Assembly (NCBI GenBank): GCA_963678315.1
Contig: OY782781.1
Location: 448,001-512,000, forward strand
Length of the DNA: 64,000 bases
Direction of reading: 5' to 3'
DNA from: Candidatus Cloacimonadales bacterium
GTDB taxonomy: Bacteria; Cloacimonadota; Cloacimonadia; Cloacimonadales; JAFGVF01
Made by a program: the position numbers and the translations under genes. This document shows positions 52,373-63,200 of the stretch, in pieces; position 1 is the stretch's first letter; each line of letters starts with the position of its first letter. The notes under the pieces are model-generated. The model worked only from the letters and a program-made list of their open reading frames with translations, was not told where the DNA came from and searched no databases.

Positions 52373-53104
52373 ATGAAAAAGATGTTATTAATTGTATTTA
52401 CGTCCTTAGCATTATCACTATCAGCTGTTATTGAGGTTCATATTCCTTTTGAACATGATATGGTTGGTGATGGTGCTACAAACCCTTATATTTCACCGGA
52501 GTTCGAGATTGAGAACACTGGTGATGCTATGGAATATTCATTTGATATTGAGTATGACACTGCACCTGATGGCTGGTTCATGACTTGGTGTAACTTTAAT
52601 ATTGAAGGTATTGGTGATGGTTGTCATCATCATTCTATGGTCTGGACAGAAACAATCCCAAGTGGAACTTTCCAAGCTGATTTCCAAGTTAATGGTCTTG
52701 ATGGAACAGAAGGAATGGTTGAGTTTGACTTTATCATTTCTGGTGGAGACTTAGCTGAACCTTTAGTTCTTCCTTTCTCTTTCAGAACTACTAACTTTGT
52801 TAGTAATGATAACCAATTAACTCTTCCTCTTCTTGCTAATGTATCTAACTATCCTAATCCTTTCAACCCAGAAACTACTATTAGTTTCGATGTAACTGAA
52901 AGAGGGAATGTTAGTGTAGATATTTTTAATTTACGAGGACAGTTAGTTAAGAATATCTTCTCTGGAGAAAGAAATATTGGCAGATCTAAATTTGTATGGA
53001 ATGGTTTAGACAACAACAATAAAGCTGTTGCAAGCGGTGTTTATTACCTAACAGCTAAAAGTAAAAACAACACTATTAGAAAGAAGATGTTATTATTAAA
53101 ATAG
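52373..53104 (+). CDS. Secreted Cys/His-motif protein with FlgD-Ig/T9SS-CTD-like C-terminus
   Basis: Signal peptide, WFMTWC...GCHHH, YPNPFNPETTI...WNG...KKMLLLK. Confidence 0.82.
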   Translation: MKKMLLIVFTSLALSLSAVIEVHIPFEHDMVGDGATNPYISPEFEIENTGDAMEYSFDIEYDTAPDGWFMTWCNFNIEGIGDGCHHHSMVWTETIPSGTFQADFQVNGLDGTEGMVEFDFIISGGDLAEPLVLPFSFRTTNFVSNDNQLTLPLLANVSNYPNPFNPETTISFDVTERGNVSVDIFNLRGQLVKNIFSGERNIGRSKFVWNGLDNNNKAVASGVYYLTAKSKNNTIRKKMLLLK

Positions 53105-53120
53105 TTTAATTTAATTATAA

Positions 53121-53155
53121 GGCTAGAGGTGGTCTTTCTATCTCTAGCTATTTTT
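53121..53155 (+). terminator. Intrinsic terminator ending the redox operon
   Basis: GCTAGAG...CTCTAGC stem followed by TATTTTT. Confidence 0.65.
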
Positions 53156-53194
53156 ATTGGTTATTTCCAACAGTTAGATATTTCGAGGTTTATT

Positions 53195-53587
53195 ATGGAA
53201 TGGTACAATGCAAAACAAGTAGATGATTATACAGATAAATATTTAAAGAATCAATTTATGCAAGAACAATATATAGATATGTCCTGGGTGGTTAATCTCA
53301 TGATTGTTTGGGAAGTAATCTATGTTCTTTTATTCTTTTGCTTCTCTTCACTGATAGTTAGAAATTGGCTTTTTGGAATCAATATTTTCCTTCTTGGAGC
53401 TGGTCGTTACTCTCTTAAATTCAGCATGGAATACACCCTCAGAGATATACCTTTCTGGATATTTGTTGTTATTCTTGTTGGCCTTTCAAGTCTTTTATTT
53501 GGTCTATTTACTCCTTTCAAATATTTAGTTGCAGTCATGCAAATTCTCTTTTTTGCTCCTTTAATTTCTTTAAAAAGGTACAACTAG
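53195..53587 (+). CDS. Hypothetical membrane protein
   Basis: GAGG RBS before the ATG at 53195; several hydrophobic segments; the track start at 53129 lies in the terminator. Confidence 0.5.
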   Translation: MEWYNAKQVDDYTDKYLKNQFMQEQYIDMSWVVNLMIVWEVIYVLLFFCFSSLIVRNWLFGINIFLLGAGRYSLKFSMEYTLRDIPFWIFVVILVGLSSLLFGLFTPFKYLVAVMQILFFAPLISLKRYN

Positions 53588-53654
53588 ATAAAAACATTAA
53601 TTGACACCACAAGGGAATATTTAAAACTTATGAAAAGATTTAGTTGTGGTGAAT

Positions 53655-56153
53655 ATGAAAGAGTTTAACGCCTTAGATAAGTTTTTAGAACAGACAGCTT
53701 TTAGAGCTAATATAGCTGTTCAGAAAGTTGAAAATAGTAGAAGAGCTACTTGGCAAGAGATACCTTCAGAACTACATACAAATGTCGTGAATTCTCTTAA
53801 TGACATTGGTATTCAGAAGCTCTACAAGCACCAAGCACAGGCAATTAATGCCCTTCTTAAAGGCCATAATACTGTTATCACTACAGGGGTTGCTTCCGGG
53901 AAAAGCTTATGCTATCAATCTGTTATTCTCAACTCATTAGCTTATAATTCAGAAAACACAGCCCTTTGCCTTTATCCGACTAAAGCTCTTACCCAGGACC
54001 AAAGAAAATCATTCTTTAGCATCCTTGAAATATTTAATAGCAAGACTAATAAAGACCACTCAATTGCTATCTATGATGGGGATACCTCTGCTTCTCAACG
54101 GCAAAAGATTCGCAATAAGGCTAATATCGTGTTGACTAATCCAGACATGCTTCATGTTGGGATACTTCCTAATCATCCAGCCTGGAACAAATTCTTTACT
54201 TGCTTAAAATACATTGTAATTGATGAAGTTCATATCTATCGTGGAATATTCGGTTCCCACTTCACCAATGTTCTAAGACGTTTAAAAAGAATATGCAGAC
54301 ACTACGGTTCTAATCCCACATTGATACTCACTTCTGCTACTGTTGGTAACACTAAAGAATTCATTTCTAGTCTTATAGAATCACTCTTCAGGACCATTGA
54401 GACAGACTACTCTCCCCAAGGCAATAGACATTTTCTTATCTATAATCCTCCTCTTGTAAATGAAGAATTAGGAATAAGAAGATCAGCCTTAAAGGAAACT
54501 ACTAAAATCGCTAAGTTTTTTACTAAAGAAAATTATCAGTCTATAGTCTTTTCTCGTTCAAGAAGAGGGGTTGAACTAATTCTCACAGGCTTACAGAATC
54601 GAGGTGATTCAACTATCCTAGCAGGTTATAGAAGTGGCTATCTTAAGGAAGAAAGAAGAGATATTGAACATAGATTGAAATCAGGCCATTTGAATACTGT
54701 TGTTGCCACTAATGCCCTTGAGTTAGGCATTGATATTGGCGATTTAGATGTCGTTATCATCAATGGTTATCCTGGTTCTATTGCCTCAACTAAACAACAA
54801 GCAGGAAGAGCAGGAAGGACTGGCAACGATTCTCTTGTTGTCATGATTGCAAATTCTGATTTAATTAATCAATACTTGGTCAGAAATCCCGACTATCTTT
54901 TCTCCAACAATCCTGAACAAGCTCTTCTTGACCCTAACAATGTCCAAATCCTGTTAAATCATTTAAAATGTGCTTTAGCAGAATTAGCTTTTGAGCAAGG
55001 AGAACAATTCGGACTCGATAACGATAATACTGTCTTTGAGCTTCTTGATTACTTAATCTCCAAAGGAATTGCTGTTAAGAAAGGCAATAAAATACTTTGG
55101 AATAGTCAGACTAGACCTCCTAGAGATATTTCCCTCAGAACTGTAAATAGCTCTTCTTTTACTCTCTTGCACGAACGCTCAAGCATTGGCACTGTTGATA
55201 ATTCAAGTGCTTACTGGTTTGCTCATCCTAAAGCTGTTTATATCCACAATGGATTACCTTTTTTTGTTAAAGACTTTGATATTGAAAGAAAGGAGATTCG
55301 TTTAGAAAAACATATCGATGATTATTATACTGAACCAATAATTCAAACCTCATTTAAACTTCAAAAAGAACTGCAAACTCATAAATACAGCTATGGTAAG
55401 AGCCTCTTCTCTATCTTAACTGTTCACACTCAAGTTACAGGATTCAAGAAGTTAAGATGGGATAGCAGAGAGATTCTAAGTTATGAAGAGCTTGAACAAC
55501 CTGAATCTGTTCTTAACACTAAAGGTGTAGTATTTACCTTTACTTCTGAAATTCAAGACTTTATTGAAAGTGGAAGTAATTCTCATGAATCTAATAAGTA
55601 TGGCAAAGAATGGAATAATATTAAGCAGACTGTTAGAGAAAGGGATAAGAATATATGTCAGAACTGTGGTAAGATTGCTACAAGTATCAACCTAGATGTT
55701 CATCATATAAAGCCATTCAAAAGCTTTGATGACCCTAAAGAAGCAAATCAACTAGAAAACCTTATTACCCTATGCAAACAATGCCATAGCCAAGCTGAAT
55801 CAAGCGTTAAAACCCAATCTACTATGGCTGGTTTAACTTATCTGATTAGAAATCTACTACCCTTCAAACTTATGTGCTCATCTGGTGATATTCAAGTTGT
55901 CTTTACCCAAGAAATGGAAGAGACAGATAAAGCTCCAACTATTGTAATATACGATTCTTTCCCTGGAGGTGTCGGACTTAGTAGAAAAGTTGCATCTTCT
56001 ATGACTAGCTTGCTAGAAGTCTGTTTCGAGAATGTTTCTAATTGCGAATGTGACGATGGTTGTCCTTCTTGTGTTGGTCCTATTGCTGAATCTGGTATTG
56101 GTTCCAAAGAAAGTGTTATTGAACTACTCAAAAAAGTCCTCAGGGGGATTTAA
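53655..56153 (+). CDS. MrfA/YprA-type DEAD/DEAH helicase with DUF1998 Zn domain and an internal HNH domain
   Basis: LYKHQ, GVASGKS, YPTKAL, TNPDMLH, IDEVH, TSAT, ATNALELGIDIG, QQAGRAGR, C-terminal CECDDGCPSC; HNH at about 55593-55799. Confidence 0.9.
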   Translation: MKEFNALDKFLEQTAFRANIAVQKVENSRRATWQEIPSELHTNVVNSLNDIGIQKLYKHQAQAINALLKGHNTVITTGVASGKSLCYQSVILNSLAYNSENTALCLYPTKALTQDQRKSFFSILEIFNSKTNKDHSIAIYDGDTSASQRQKIRNKANIVLTNPDMLHVGILPNHPAWNKFFTCLKYIVIDEVHIYRGIFGSHFTNVLRRLKRICRHYGSNPTLILTSATVGNTKEFISSLIESLFRTIETDYSPQGNRHFLIYNPPLVNEELGIRRSALKETTKIAKFFTKENYQSIVFSRSRRGVELILTGLQNRGDSTILAGYRSGYLKEERRDIEHRLKSGHLNTVVATNALELGIDIGDLDVVIINGYPGSIASTKQQAGRAGRTGNDSLVVMIANSDLINQYLVRNPDYLFSNNPEQALLDPNNVQILLNHLKCALAELAFEQGEQFGLDNDNTVFELLDYLISKGIAVKKGNKILWNSQTRPPRDISLRTVNSSSFTLLHERSSIGTVDNSSAYWFAHPKAVYIHNGLPFFVKDFDIERKEIRLEKHIDDYYTEPIIQTSFKLQKELQTHKYSYGKSLFSILTVHTQVTGFKKLRWDSREILSYEELEQPESVLNTKGVVFTFTSEIQDFIESGSNSHESNKYGKEWNNIKQTVRERDKNICQNCGKIATSINLDVHHIKPFKSFDDPKEANQLENLITLCKQCHSQAESSVKTQSTMAGLTYLIRNLLPFKLMCSSGDIQVVFTQEMEETDKAPTIVIYDSFPGGVGLSRKVASSMTSLLEVCFENVSNCECDDGCPSCVGPIAESGIGSKESVIELLKKVLRGI

Positions 56154-57328
56154 TGTCTGAATTAGATTTCTTTTTAGAAGAAGAAAAAGATGTTTCACAA
56201 GCTAAGGAAACTAATAAAGACATAGATAAGTTTATTAGTGGTGAATTTATTGAGAAGGATGGGCTAAAAGTCTTCATTCATAGTGAAACAATGCCCTTAG
56301 AAAGTGGTAATATTCTCAGAGGAGCTATACCCAAAATCCCCAATTGGTTATACAGTTATAGCAGGATTTATACTGATGCAGAAGTAAGAGAAGTTATCTT
56401 CCTAGATACTGAAACTACTGGACTTGACCGTGGTGCTTCTACTTTCGCCTTTTTAACAGGAGTCTGCTATTTTAGAGATAATAATTGGCACTTAAAGCAA
56501 TATTTTATCCAAGATATTACCCATGAACCCCTACTAATAGAACTTCTCGAAAAGTTACTTACAGATTTTAAGATTCTTGTCAGTTACAATGGCAAAAGTT
56601 ATGATGTACCCTTACTTGATAATAGATTCAAATACAATAAATGTGAATACTCTATAAGGTCCCTAGAATGCTTAGATTTGATGCATCTATCACGAAGATT
56701 TTGGAAACATTCACTGCATGGTTGTAAGCTTCAAGATGTTGAAAATCTTATACTTGACTTTGTCAGAGACTATTCAAATGATATACCCGGTGAATTAATC
56801 CCTAAAACATACTTTGATTATGTTGCCTCTGGCAATGCTGAAGATATAGCCCATGTTTTCTACCACAATGAAATTGACCTTTTTTCAATGACAGGTATTC
56901 TAAGAATTTGTAACAATCTTGAAGTAGATAGTTTAGAATACTACCAAAAATATAGGATAGATTCCTATGCCATAGCTAAACTACTCTTTGAATTACAGTA
57001 CGATACTGATGGATTTAAGGCTATAAAGATTGCCTATAATGACAATCCTAAAAGAGAAGATATTGCTTTACTAATGGCTAATAACCTTAAAAAATATGAT
57101 GATTTCGAGGAAGCTGTTCAAGTTCTTAAAGGAGTTTCTAACTTCTCCATAAAAGCTAATATTGAGCTCGCTAAAGTCTATGAGCATAAGATTAAGAATC
57201 TTGAAAGAGCATTGGATAGTTCTCAGAAAGCTTATATCCTTGTACACGAAGAAACTGACTTCGATTTCAAATTAATTAAAGATCTTGAGAAAAGAATTAC
57301 GAGACTTCAAAAGAAAGTGAAAAAGTAG
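56153..57328 (+). CDS. MrfB/YprB-type RNase_H_2 (DEDD) exonuclease with TPR-like C-terminus
   Basis: FLDTETTGL, SYNGKSYDVP, DIPGELIP..YF, HNEIDL, ELAK.YEH; TAATG overlap with the helicase. Confidence 0.88.
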   Translation: MSELDFFLEEEKDVSQAKETNKDIDKFISGEFIEKDGLKVFIHSETMPLESGNILRGAIPKIPNWLYSYSRIYTDAEVREVIFLDTETTGLDRGASTFAFLTGVCYFRDNNWHLKQYFIQDITHEPLLIELLEKLLTDFKILVSYNGKSYDVPLLDNRFKYNKCEYSIRSLECLDLMHLSRRFWKHSLHGCKLQDVENLILDFVRDYSNDIPGELIPKTYFDYVASGNAEDIAHVFYHNEIDLFSMTGILRICNNLEVDSLEYYQKYRIDSYAIAKLLFELQYDTDGFKAIKIAYNDNPKREDIALLMANNLKKYDDFEEAVQVLKGVSNFSIKANIELAKVYEHKIKNLERALDSSQKAYILVHEETDFDFKLIKDLEKRITRLQKKVKK

Positions 57329-57473
57329 CTAAACTCAAATCATTATAAGGTCACCCTTACTTGCCCCCTTGAAAAAAAGCCATTTTTTCAAGGTGTTAAT
57401 AGAATTATAAAGTGGTACAGTAATGGAAGTATAAAATGGTACACTCCTCAAAATACAAATTTTGAGGATAACC

Positions 57474-58958
57474 ATGATAGAGGAAAGCATGTATCACAAG
57501 ATAAAATCGTGTCAGAATTTAAACTTAAGTGTAAGAGAAACAGCTAGGCAATTAGCTATATCACCAACGACAGTGCAGAAGTTCAGAAAGATGTCGTTAA
57601 AAGATTATACAGAATATAAGAGCAATATCTTTAGACGAAACAGTATTTTAGAGTCTTATAAAGAGTTGTTAAGCCTTTGGATTAAGGAATATCCACGAAT
57701 ACGCACAACCAAACTTCATCGTAAATTCCAAAAGAAATACCCCGATATAGTTATATCAGAGCGAGCATTTTCGAATTACATAAATAAACTCAAAGAAGCA
57801 ATAAAGCCTCGTTGTAGACGTTATTTTACCCCTGTAACGTATGAACCAGGAGTACAGATACAAGTAGATCCGGGAGAACAAAAAGTATTACTCACAACAG
57901 GTGAAAAGATAAAAGTTTATTTTGTAGCCTTTAAAATCTCATACTCAAGAATGGTGTATGCTCATTTCCAATTAAGACCATATAATACTAATGATTTTAT
58001 ACAAGCTCATGAAGCCTGTTTTAATTATTTTAGATGCTTACCAAAGCAATTAGTTTATGACCAAACAAAGTTAGTTGTAATAAGAGAAAAATATAGGGAA
58101 GTATGGTTAAATAAACTATTTGAACAGTTCCTAAACAAACACAATTTAAACTATTATATATGCGAAGGTTATGACCCTCAAACTAAAGGACTTGTGGAAC
58201 GCCATGTAAGAGAAGTAAAAGAAGATTTTCTTTATGGAGATAAGTTTTCAGGGTTAAGTGAGATAGAAATGCGTTCAAAAGATTGGTTTGAAATGGTAAA
58301 TAATAGAGAGCATAGCACAACTTTAGAAATTCCGACAGAAGTATTTAAAGCTGAAAAGGATTTAATGAGAACTTATATACCAAACAATAGAGTATTGAGA
58401 AAAGTAGATAAACAAGGAATAATATCTTGGAAAGGTAATAAATATTCAGTTCCTTATATTTATCAAAAAAAAGAAGTTTTAGTAGAAGAATTAAATAGCA
58501 AACTTTTGATAATAGATAGCTTAACACTAGCACAAGTAGCTAGTCATTCTGTAAAATATGGAAAGTCAAAGCCGACTATAAATCAAGCACATTATATTGA
58601 TTATTCAGAAAAATTAGAAACTCTAAAGGATGACGTTTTAGAACTTCTGAAAGGATATCAAAATTATGACGTTTTTGTGACCAGGATTTTAAAAGAAAAC
58701 ACAAGTCACCCACGAGAACAATTAAGAGCAATAAGACGGCTATATAATGAATATAACCGTCTTGACTGGAATTTTGTAATTAATCAATCTTTAGCATTTT
58801 CACAACTACGCGCAAGCAAAGTTGAAAATGTTCTTGAAGCTCTCACAAAGCAATTAAAGATAAATGATTATATACAAAACAACCAAAGTAATAATAACAC
58901 AAGTAGTTCAAAACTAGCAAGAGATTTATCAGATTATGATAGGATGGTAAAAAAATGA
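57474..58958 (+). CDS. istA: IS21 transposase IstA
   Basis: N-terminal HTH, PGVQIQVD, YSR, YDQ, PQTKGLVER DDE core, YSVP. Confidence 0.93.
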   Translation: MIEESMYHKIKSCQNLNLSVRETARQLAISPTTVQKFRKMSLKDYTEYKSNIFRRNSILESYKELLSLWIKEYPRIRTTKLHRKFQKKYPDIVISERAFSNYINKLKEAIKPRCRRYFTPVTYEPGVQIQVDPGEQKVLLTTGEKIKVYFVAFKISYSRMVYAHFQLRPYNTNDFIQAHEACFNYFRCLPKQLVYDQTKLVVIREKYREVWLNKLFEQFLNKHNLNYYICEGYDPQTKGLVERHVREVKEDFLYGDKFSGLSEIEMRSKDWFEMVNNREHSTTLEIPTEVFKAEKDLMRTYIPNNRVLRKVDKQGIISWKGNKYSVPYIYQKKEVLVEELNSKLLIIDSLTLAQVASHSVKYGKSKPTINQAHYIDYSEKLETLKDDVLELLKGYQNYDVFVTRILKENTSHPREQLRAIRRLYNEYNRLDWNFVINQSLAFSQLRASKVENVLEALTKQLKINDYIQNNQSNNNTSSSKLARDLSDYDRMVKK

Positions 58959-59683
58959 TGGAACAATTAAAGAAAGATTTATTCAGGATAAGGTGTCGAC
59001 ATATACTCAATAACATTGAATCATATTTACAGCATGGAAGAGAGAAAGAACTCTCTAATCAGCAGTTTTTATCGTATATTATCAGAAATGAAGTTAATAG
59101 CAGAAATCAAACAGCTATTAAGCTAAAAATAAAAAGGTCAAATTTCCCTTCAGTAAAGACATTTGAAGAGTTTGATTATAAATATCAACACAGTGTAACT
59201 AAAAGGATGGTCAATGAGTGGTTGGATTTTGATTGGATAGATAACAGAGAAAATAAGATATTTATGGGACCTCCTGGAGTTGGTAAAACGCATATAGCAT
59301 TAGCTTTGGGATATGAAGCAATACAAAAGGGATATAATGTAAAATTTTACACATTTAATGATTTACTAGATGATATGTTAATAGCATCCAATGAGAAAAG
59401 CCTGAAAGAGTTTATTAAGAAACTATGTAAAAATGAATTAATAATTATTGATGAAATCGGCTATTTACCAATAAAGGAAATATCTTCAAGTATGTTCTTT
59501 AAACTAGTTAGCGAACTATATGAATTTAGATCTATTGTTATAACATCAAACAAACTATTTCAAGAGTGGGGATCTGCTTTTGGAGATAATGTTATTACTT
59601 CAGCAATATTAGATAGACTTCTACACCATGCACAGCTAATCACGATGGATGGTGATAGCTATAGAATGAAAGGTAAAATTTAA
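58955..59683 (+). CDS. istB: IS21 helper ATPase IstB
   Basis: GPPGVGKTHIA, IIDEIGY, ITSN, AILDRLLHH, GDSYR; ATGA overlap with istA. Confidence 0.95.
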   Translation: MMEQLKKDLFRIRCRHILNNIESYLQHGREKELSNQQFLSYIIRNEVNSRNQTAIKLKIKRSNFPSVKTFEEFDYKYQHSVTKRMVNEWLDFDWIDNRENKIFMGPPGVGKTHIALALGYEAIQKGYNVKFYTFNDLLDDMLIASNEKSLKEFIKKLCKNELIIIDEIGYLPIKEISSSMFFKLVSELYEFRSIVITSNKLFQEWGSAFGDNVITSAILDRLLHHAQLITMDGDSYRMKGKI

Positions 59684-59752
59684 CTTATTTTTTTAACCAA
59701 AGTGTAACAGTTTATACTTCCAAAAGTGTAACATTTTAAACTTCTCTTGACA

Positions 59753-60212
59753 TTCAAGGAGGGGCATTGGCACATAGGCTGTTAGAAGTTAGGACATACT
59801 GGGAACGCACAGCTGCTAGCTGGCTAATACTGGGAGCGCCATGCCTCCGAGCTGGCTAAACACACTGGGAACGCCAGCCTCCGCGCTGGCTTCACTTAGA
59901 ACATAGTTATAAGTGAATTTGTAGAGACGTACGAATATTTGTTTAAATTAAATAAGATGGAAGAGAATTGAGCTCCATTTTATCACCCATGGTTAAAACC
60001 ATGGGCTCTTTATTGATTTACCCTTACAGGGTATAAATACCTTTATGTCCCTTGGGCTAAACCAGAAGTGGTGCCATTTAAGCCAGGACCATGACAAGCT
60101 TTAACTGTGTCTTGTAGCCCATATAAAAACTCCTATTCAACCTACTTGCGTAGGTTTAGCCATCAGGGATGATGGCCTTCTGACTTTACTGGATACCCTG
60201 GAAGGGCAACAT
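59753..60212. repeat. Intergenic mosaic of REP-like palindromes (families A, B and others, mostly reversed)
   Basis: Three ACTGGGA.CGC..GC units (59798-59890), CACTTAG..TAAGTG, CCCATGGTTAAAACCATGGG, a reverse copy of 41881-41927 near 60073-60122 and a reverse copy of 26721-26771 near 60138-60188. Confidence 0.8.
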
Positions 60213-60220
60213 AAAACAAG

Positions 60221-60254
60221 AAAAAGGTCTTAAAGATTTCTCTTCAAGACCTTT
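60221..60254 (-). terminator. Intrinsic terminator after the RND gene
   Basis: AAAGGTCTT...AAGACCTTT stem with an A-tract. Confidence 0.7.
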
Positions 60255-60274
60255 ACTTTTATATATCTAGGCTC

Positions 60275-63200
60275 TTATTTTTTCTCAAGAGCTTCTTTAA
60301 TTGTTGTTTTATCTCCACGTTTAGAGAATTTAGCTTTCACTGAATCTTCAAATGAATAGAGAACTGGTACTAAGAATAGAGTAAGAACTGTTGCAAAACC
60401 AAGTCCGAAAGCAATCGCTACAGCCATAGGCTTCCAGTCAGCAGTTGCTACAGAATCAGACAGAATCATCGGCATGAATCCAGCTATAGTAGTAACGGTA
60501 GTCATGATGATTGGTCTTAGACGGATAGCTCCAGCATTTATAAGAGAATTCCATCTATCTCTACCAGCTTCACGTTCTTTATTGATGAAGTCCACTAGAA
60601 CAAGTGAGTCATTAACAACCACACCAGCCAGAGCAAGGACGGCAATCATGGTCATCATTGAGAAAGATAAGCCAGTAACAAATAGACCTAAAGTAACACC
60701 GATAAATGCAAATGGTAAAGCACTCATAACAATAAGAGGTTTGACATAAGATTTAAACTGTGTTGCCAGAATAGTGAATATCATTAATACAGCAACAATA
60801 AAGGCAAGACCTAGTTTACTGTATGTTTCACTTTGTTGCTTTTCAATTCCACCGTATTCAAGTTTATAACCTGGGTACTTTTCTTCAAAGTCAGATAGCA
60901 CACCTTCTGTATTCTTAACTTTAGAACCTTTAAGTTGGCTAATAACTTGACCAGGAACTTGCTTGATTTTCTCACCATCTTTTTCATAGTATCCGCACTG
61001 AGCAGTTACAGTATATTTTCTTTCTAAATCATAGTGTTCAATCTTTGAGTAACCTTGTTGGATATCAAATTTAGCTAAATCTTTTAAAGGAACTAAAGAA
61101 CCTGATCTAGTTCTAATTTTAAGGTTTTCTAAATCAGAGAAAGAAGATAACTGTGATTCATCAGATTTAACTATAATGTCATATTCTTCAAGTCCAGAAC
61201 CTCTAAATTTAGAGATTGTTGAGCCATACAAGGCTGTCGCAACAGTTGAAGTAATATTGGCTTCAGTCAAACCATACATATAAAGAGCTTCAGTGTTTGG
61301 TATAATTCTTATTTCTGATTTACCATTATCTTGAGAAGATTCAATTTCTTCAAGGCCTGGTATTACTTCTAATTCAGATATAAGATATTCGCTAATTTTA
61401 TCTAGAGTAGCAATGTCATCGCCATAAACTCTAAGCTCAATATCGTATTCTGAACGAGGACCGCCACGACTAGCTTCTTTTAGTTTGTAGAGTTTAATAC
61501 CCTTAACTTTATCAAGCTCTCTAATTACGCTTTTCTTAATATCTTGATAATCATTTTGTAGTTGGTCAGCATCAATCAAATCAATAGAAACTTCAGCATA
61601 GTTAGATGCTGTTTCAGTTCTATGACTTTCTCTATACATACCTATATTTGAAACAATAGATTCTATATCAATCTTCTGGTCAATACCCATTATAGCTTCT
61701 TCAAGATTAGTAACTACTACATTTGTTTTATCCAAAGAAGAACCAACCTCTGTTTCAAGAATGACTTTAAGGGTCTTAGGTGTTGATTTAGGGAAGAACT
61801 CAAAACCAACTGCACCTGAAGCAAGCATTGCCCCTGAACCAATCAGTCCCATTATCAAGACAAGAAGTGAGATAAATCTATGTTTCAAAACCCAGGTAAT
61901 ACTTGCACGATATCTTTTAGTTAAATATGAATGGAGCTTATGCTCTTTTTCTTCATGAATCTTAGCAGTACCGAATTCAGCAACGTGGGAAGGTAATAGT
62001 AATAAACATTCAATAAGAGAAGCTGTAAGAGCTAGGATAACCACAATAGTGAAGTTTCCTAAGAACTTACTCATCATACCTTCCATCCATAAAAGAGGAA
62101 GGAAAGCAGAGATAGTTGTCGCAACAGCAGCAATAACTGGCCACATAATCTCTTGAGTACCCTTGATAGCTGCTTCATACTTAGAATAACCCATTTCTGC
62201 ATATCTATGAATGTTTTCTAGCACAATAATAGCATCATCAACAATCATACCCAGAACTAGAATAAGTCCGAAAAGACTAAGATTATTGAGGGTAACATCG
62301 AAGTAATCCATGAATATTATAGTTAATAAGAAACTAAAAGGGATACCCCAAGCAGCATAGAAAGCATTCTTCCAGCCTAGGAATATCAAGAGAACTATAA
62401 AGACAAGCACAATACCCATTATAGCATTAGAACTTAGTGTATTGATGCTGTTTTCAACTCTGATAGAACCATCATTTCTAACTTCTGCTGAGATACCAGG
62501 AATGTTATTCTCATACTTTTCACAGAGTTCTCTAATGTCAGCAACAACATCAATAATGTTACCGTCTTCTTTCTTATAAACAGATATATTAGCCCCGGTT
62601 ACACCATTGTATTTACCAATAGTCTCTCGTTCTTCAAGAGTATCTAGCACAGTTGCTATGTCTTTTAGTCTAATTGCAGCACCATTACTGTTCATCTTGA
62701 TTATTTGGTCTTCTATATCCTTTACTGTTTCATACTCAGCCATAGTTCTAACAAGGTACTGAGATGAACCAACATCAAGTTCACCACCAGGTGTATTAGA
62801 GTTTGTTGAAGCAACAACACCCATAATATCATTATAAGTGAGGTTATACTCGTTCATTCTATCATTGTTGACTTCTATCCAGAATTCACGGTCTTGAATA
62901 CCAGAAGTTTCATATTTAGAGATATGGTCAATCTTGAGGAGTTCATCTTCGAAGTCTTCTACAATATCGCGCATAATGTTAGGGTCTTTATCACCAGAAA
63001 TAATTACAGCACAGATATCATTAATTTCTCTCATGTTGATTTCAATAATGTTAGGATCATTAGCATTTTCTGGTAAGTCTTTAACTTTATCAACTTCAGC
63101 GTTGATATCATTCCAAGCTCTTTCCATATTAGCGTTAGATTCCATCTGAACAAAGATATTCGCTACGCCTTCTTGTGAAGTAGAAGAGATATAATCAATA

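Larger units (their letters stand above)
57394..59752 (+). mobile_element. IS21-family insertion sequence
   Basis: TG...CA ends, 52-bp imperfect terminal inverted repeats (41/52 by manual alignment), 7-bp direct repeat TTCAAGG at 57387-57393 and 59753-59759, istA-istB pair. Confidence 0.95.

Noticed and set aside
47205..53104. Further selenocysteine codons in the redox operon
   Set aside because: All redox motifs (CLTC, CGTC, CDPC, CRNGTC) are plain Cys and the genes end in TAA or TAG.
55593..55799. Intein or intron explaining the HNH insert
   Set aside because: No Cys/Ser...His-Asn splice motifs, too short for a Hint domain, and the frame is continuous.
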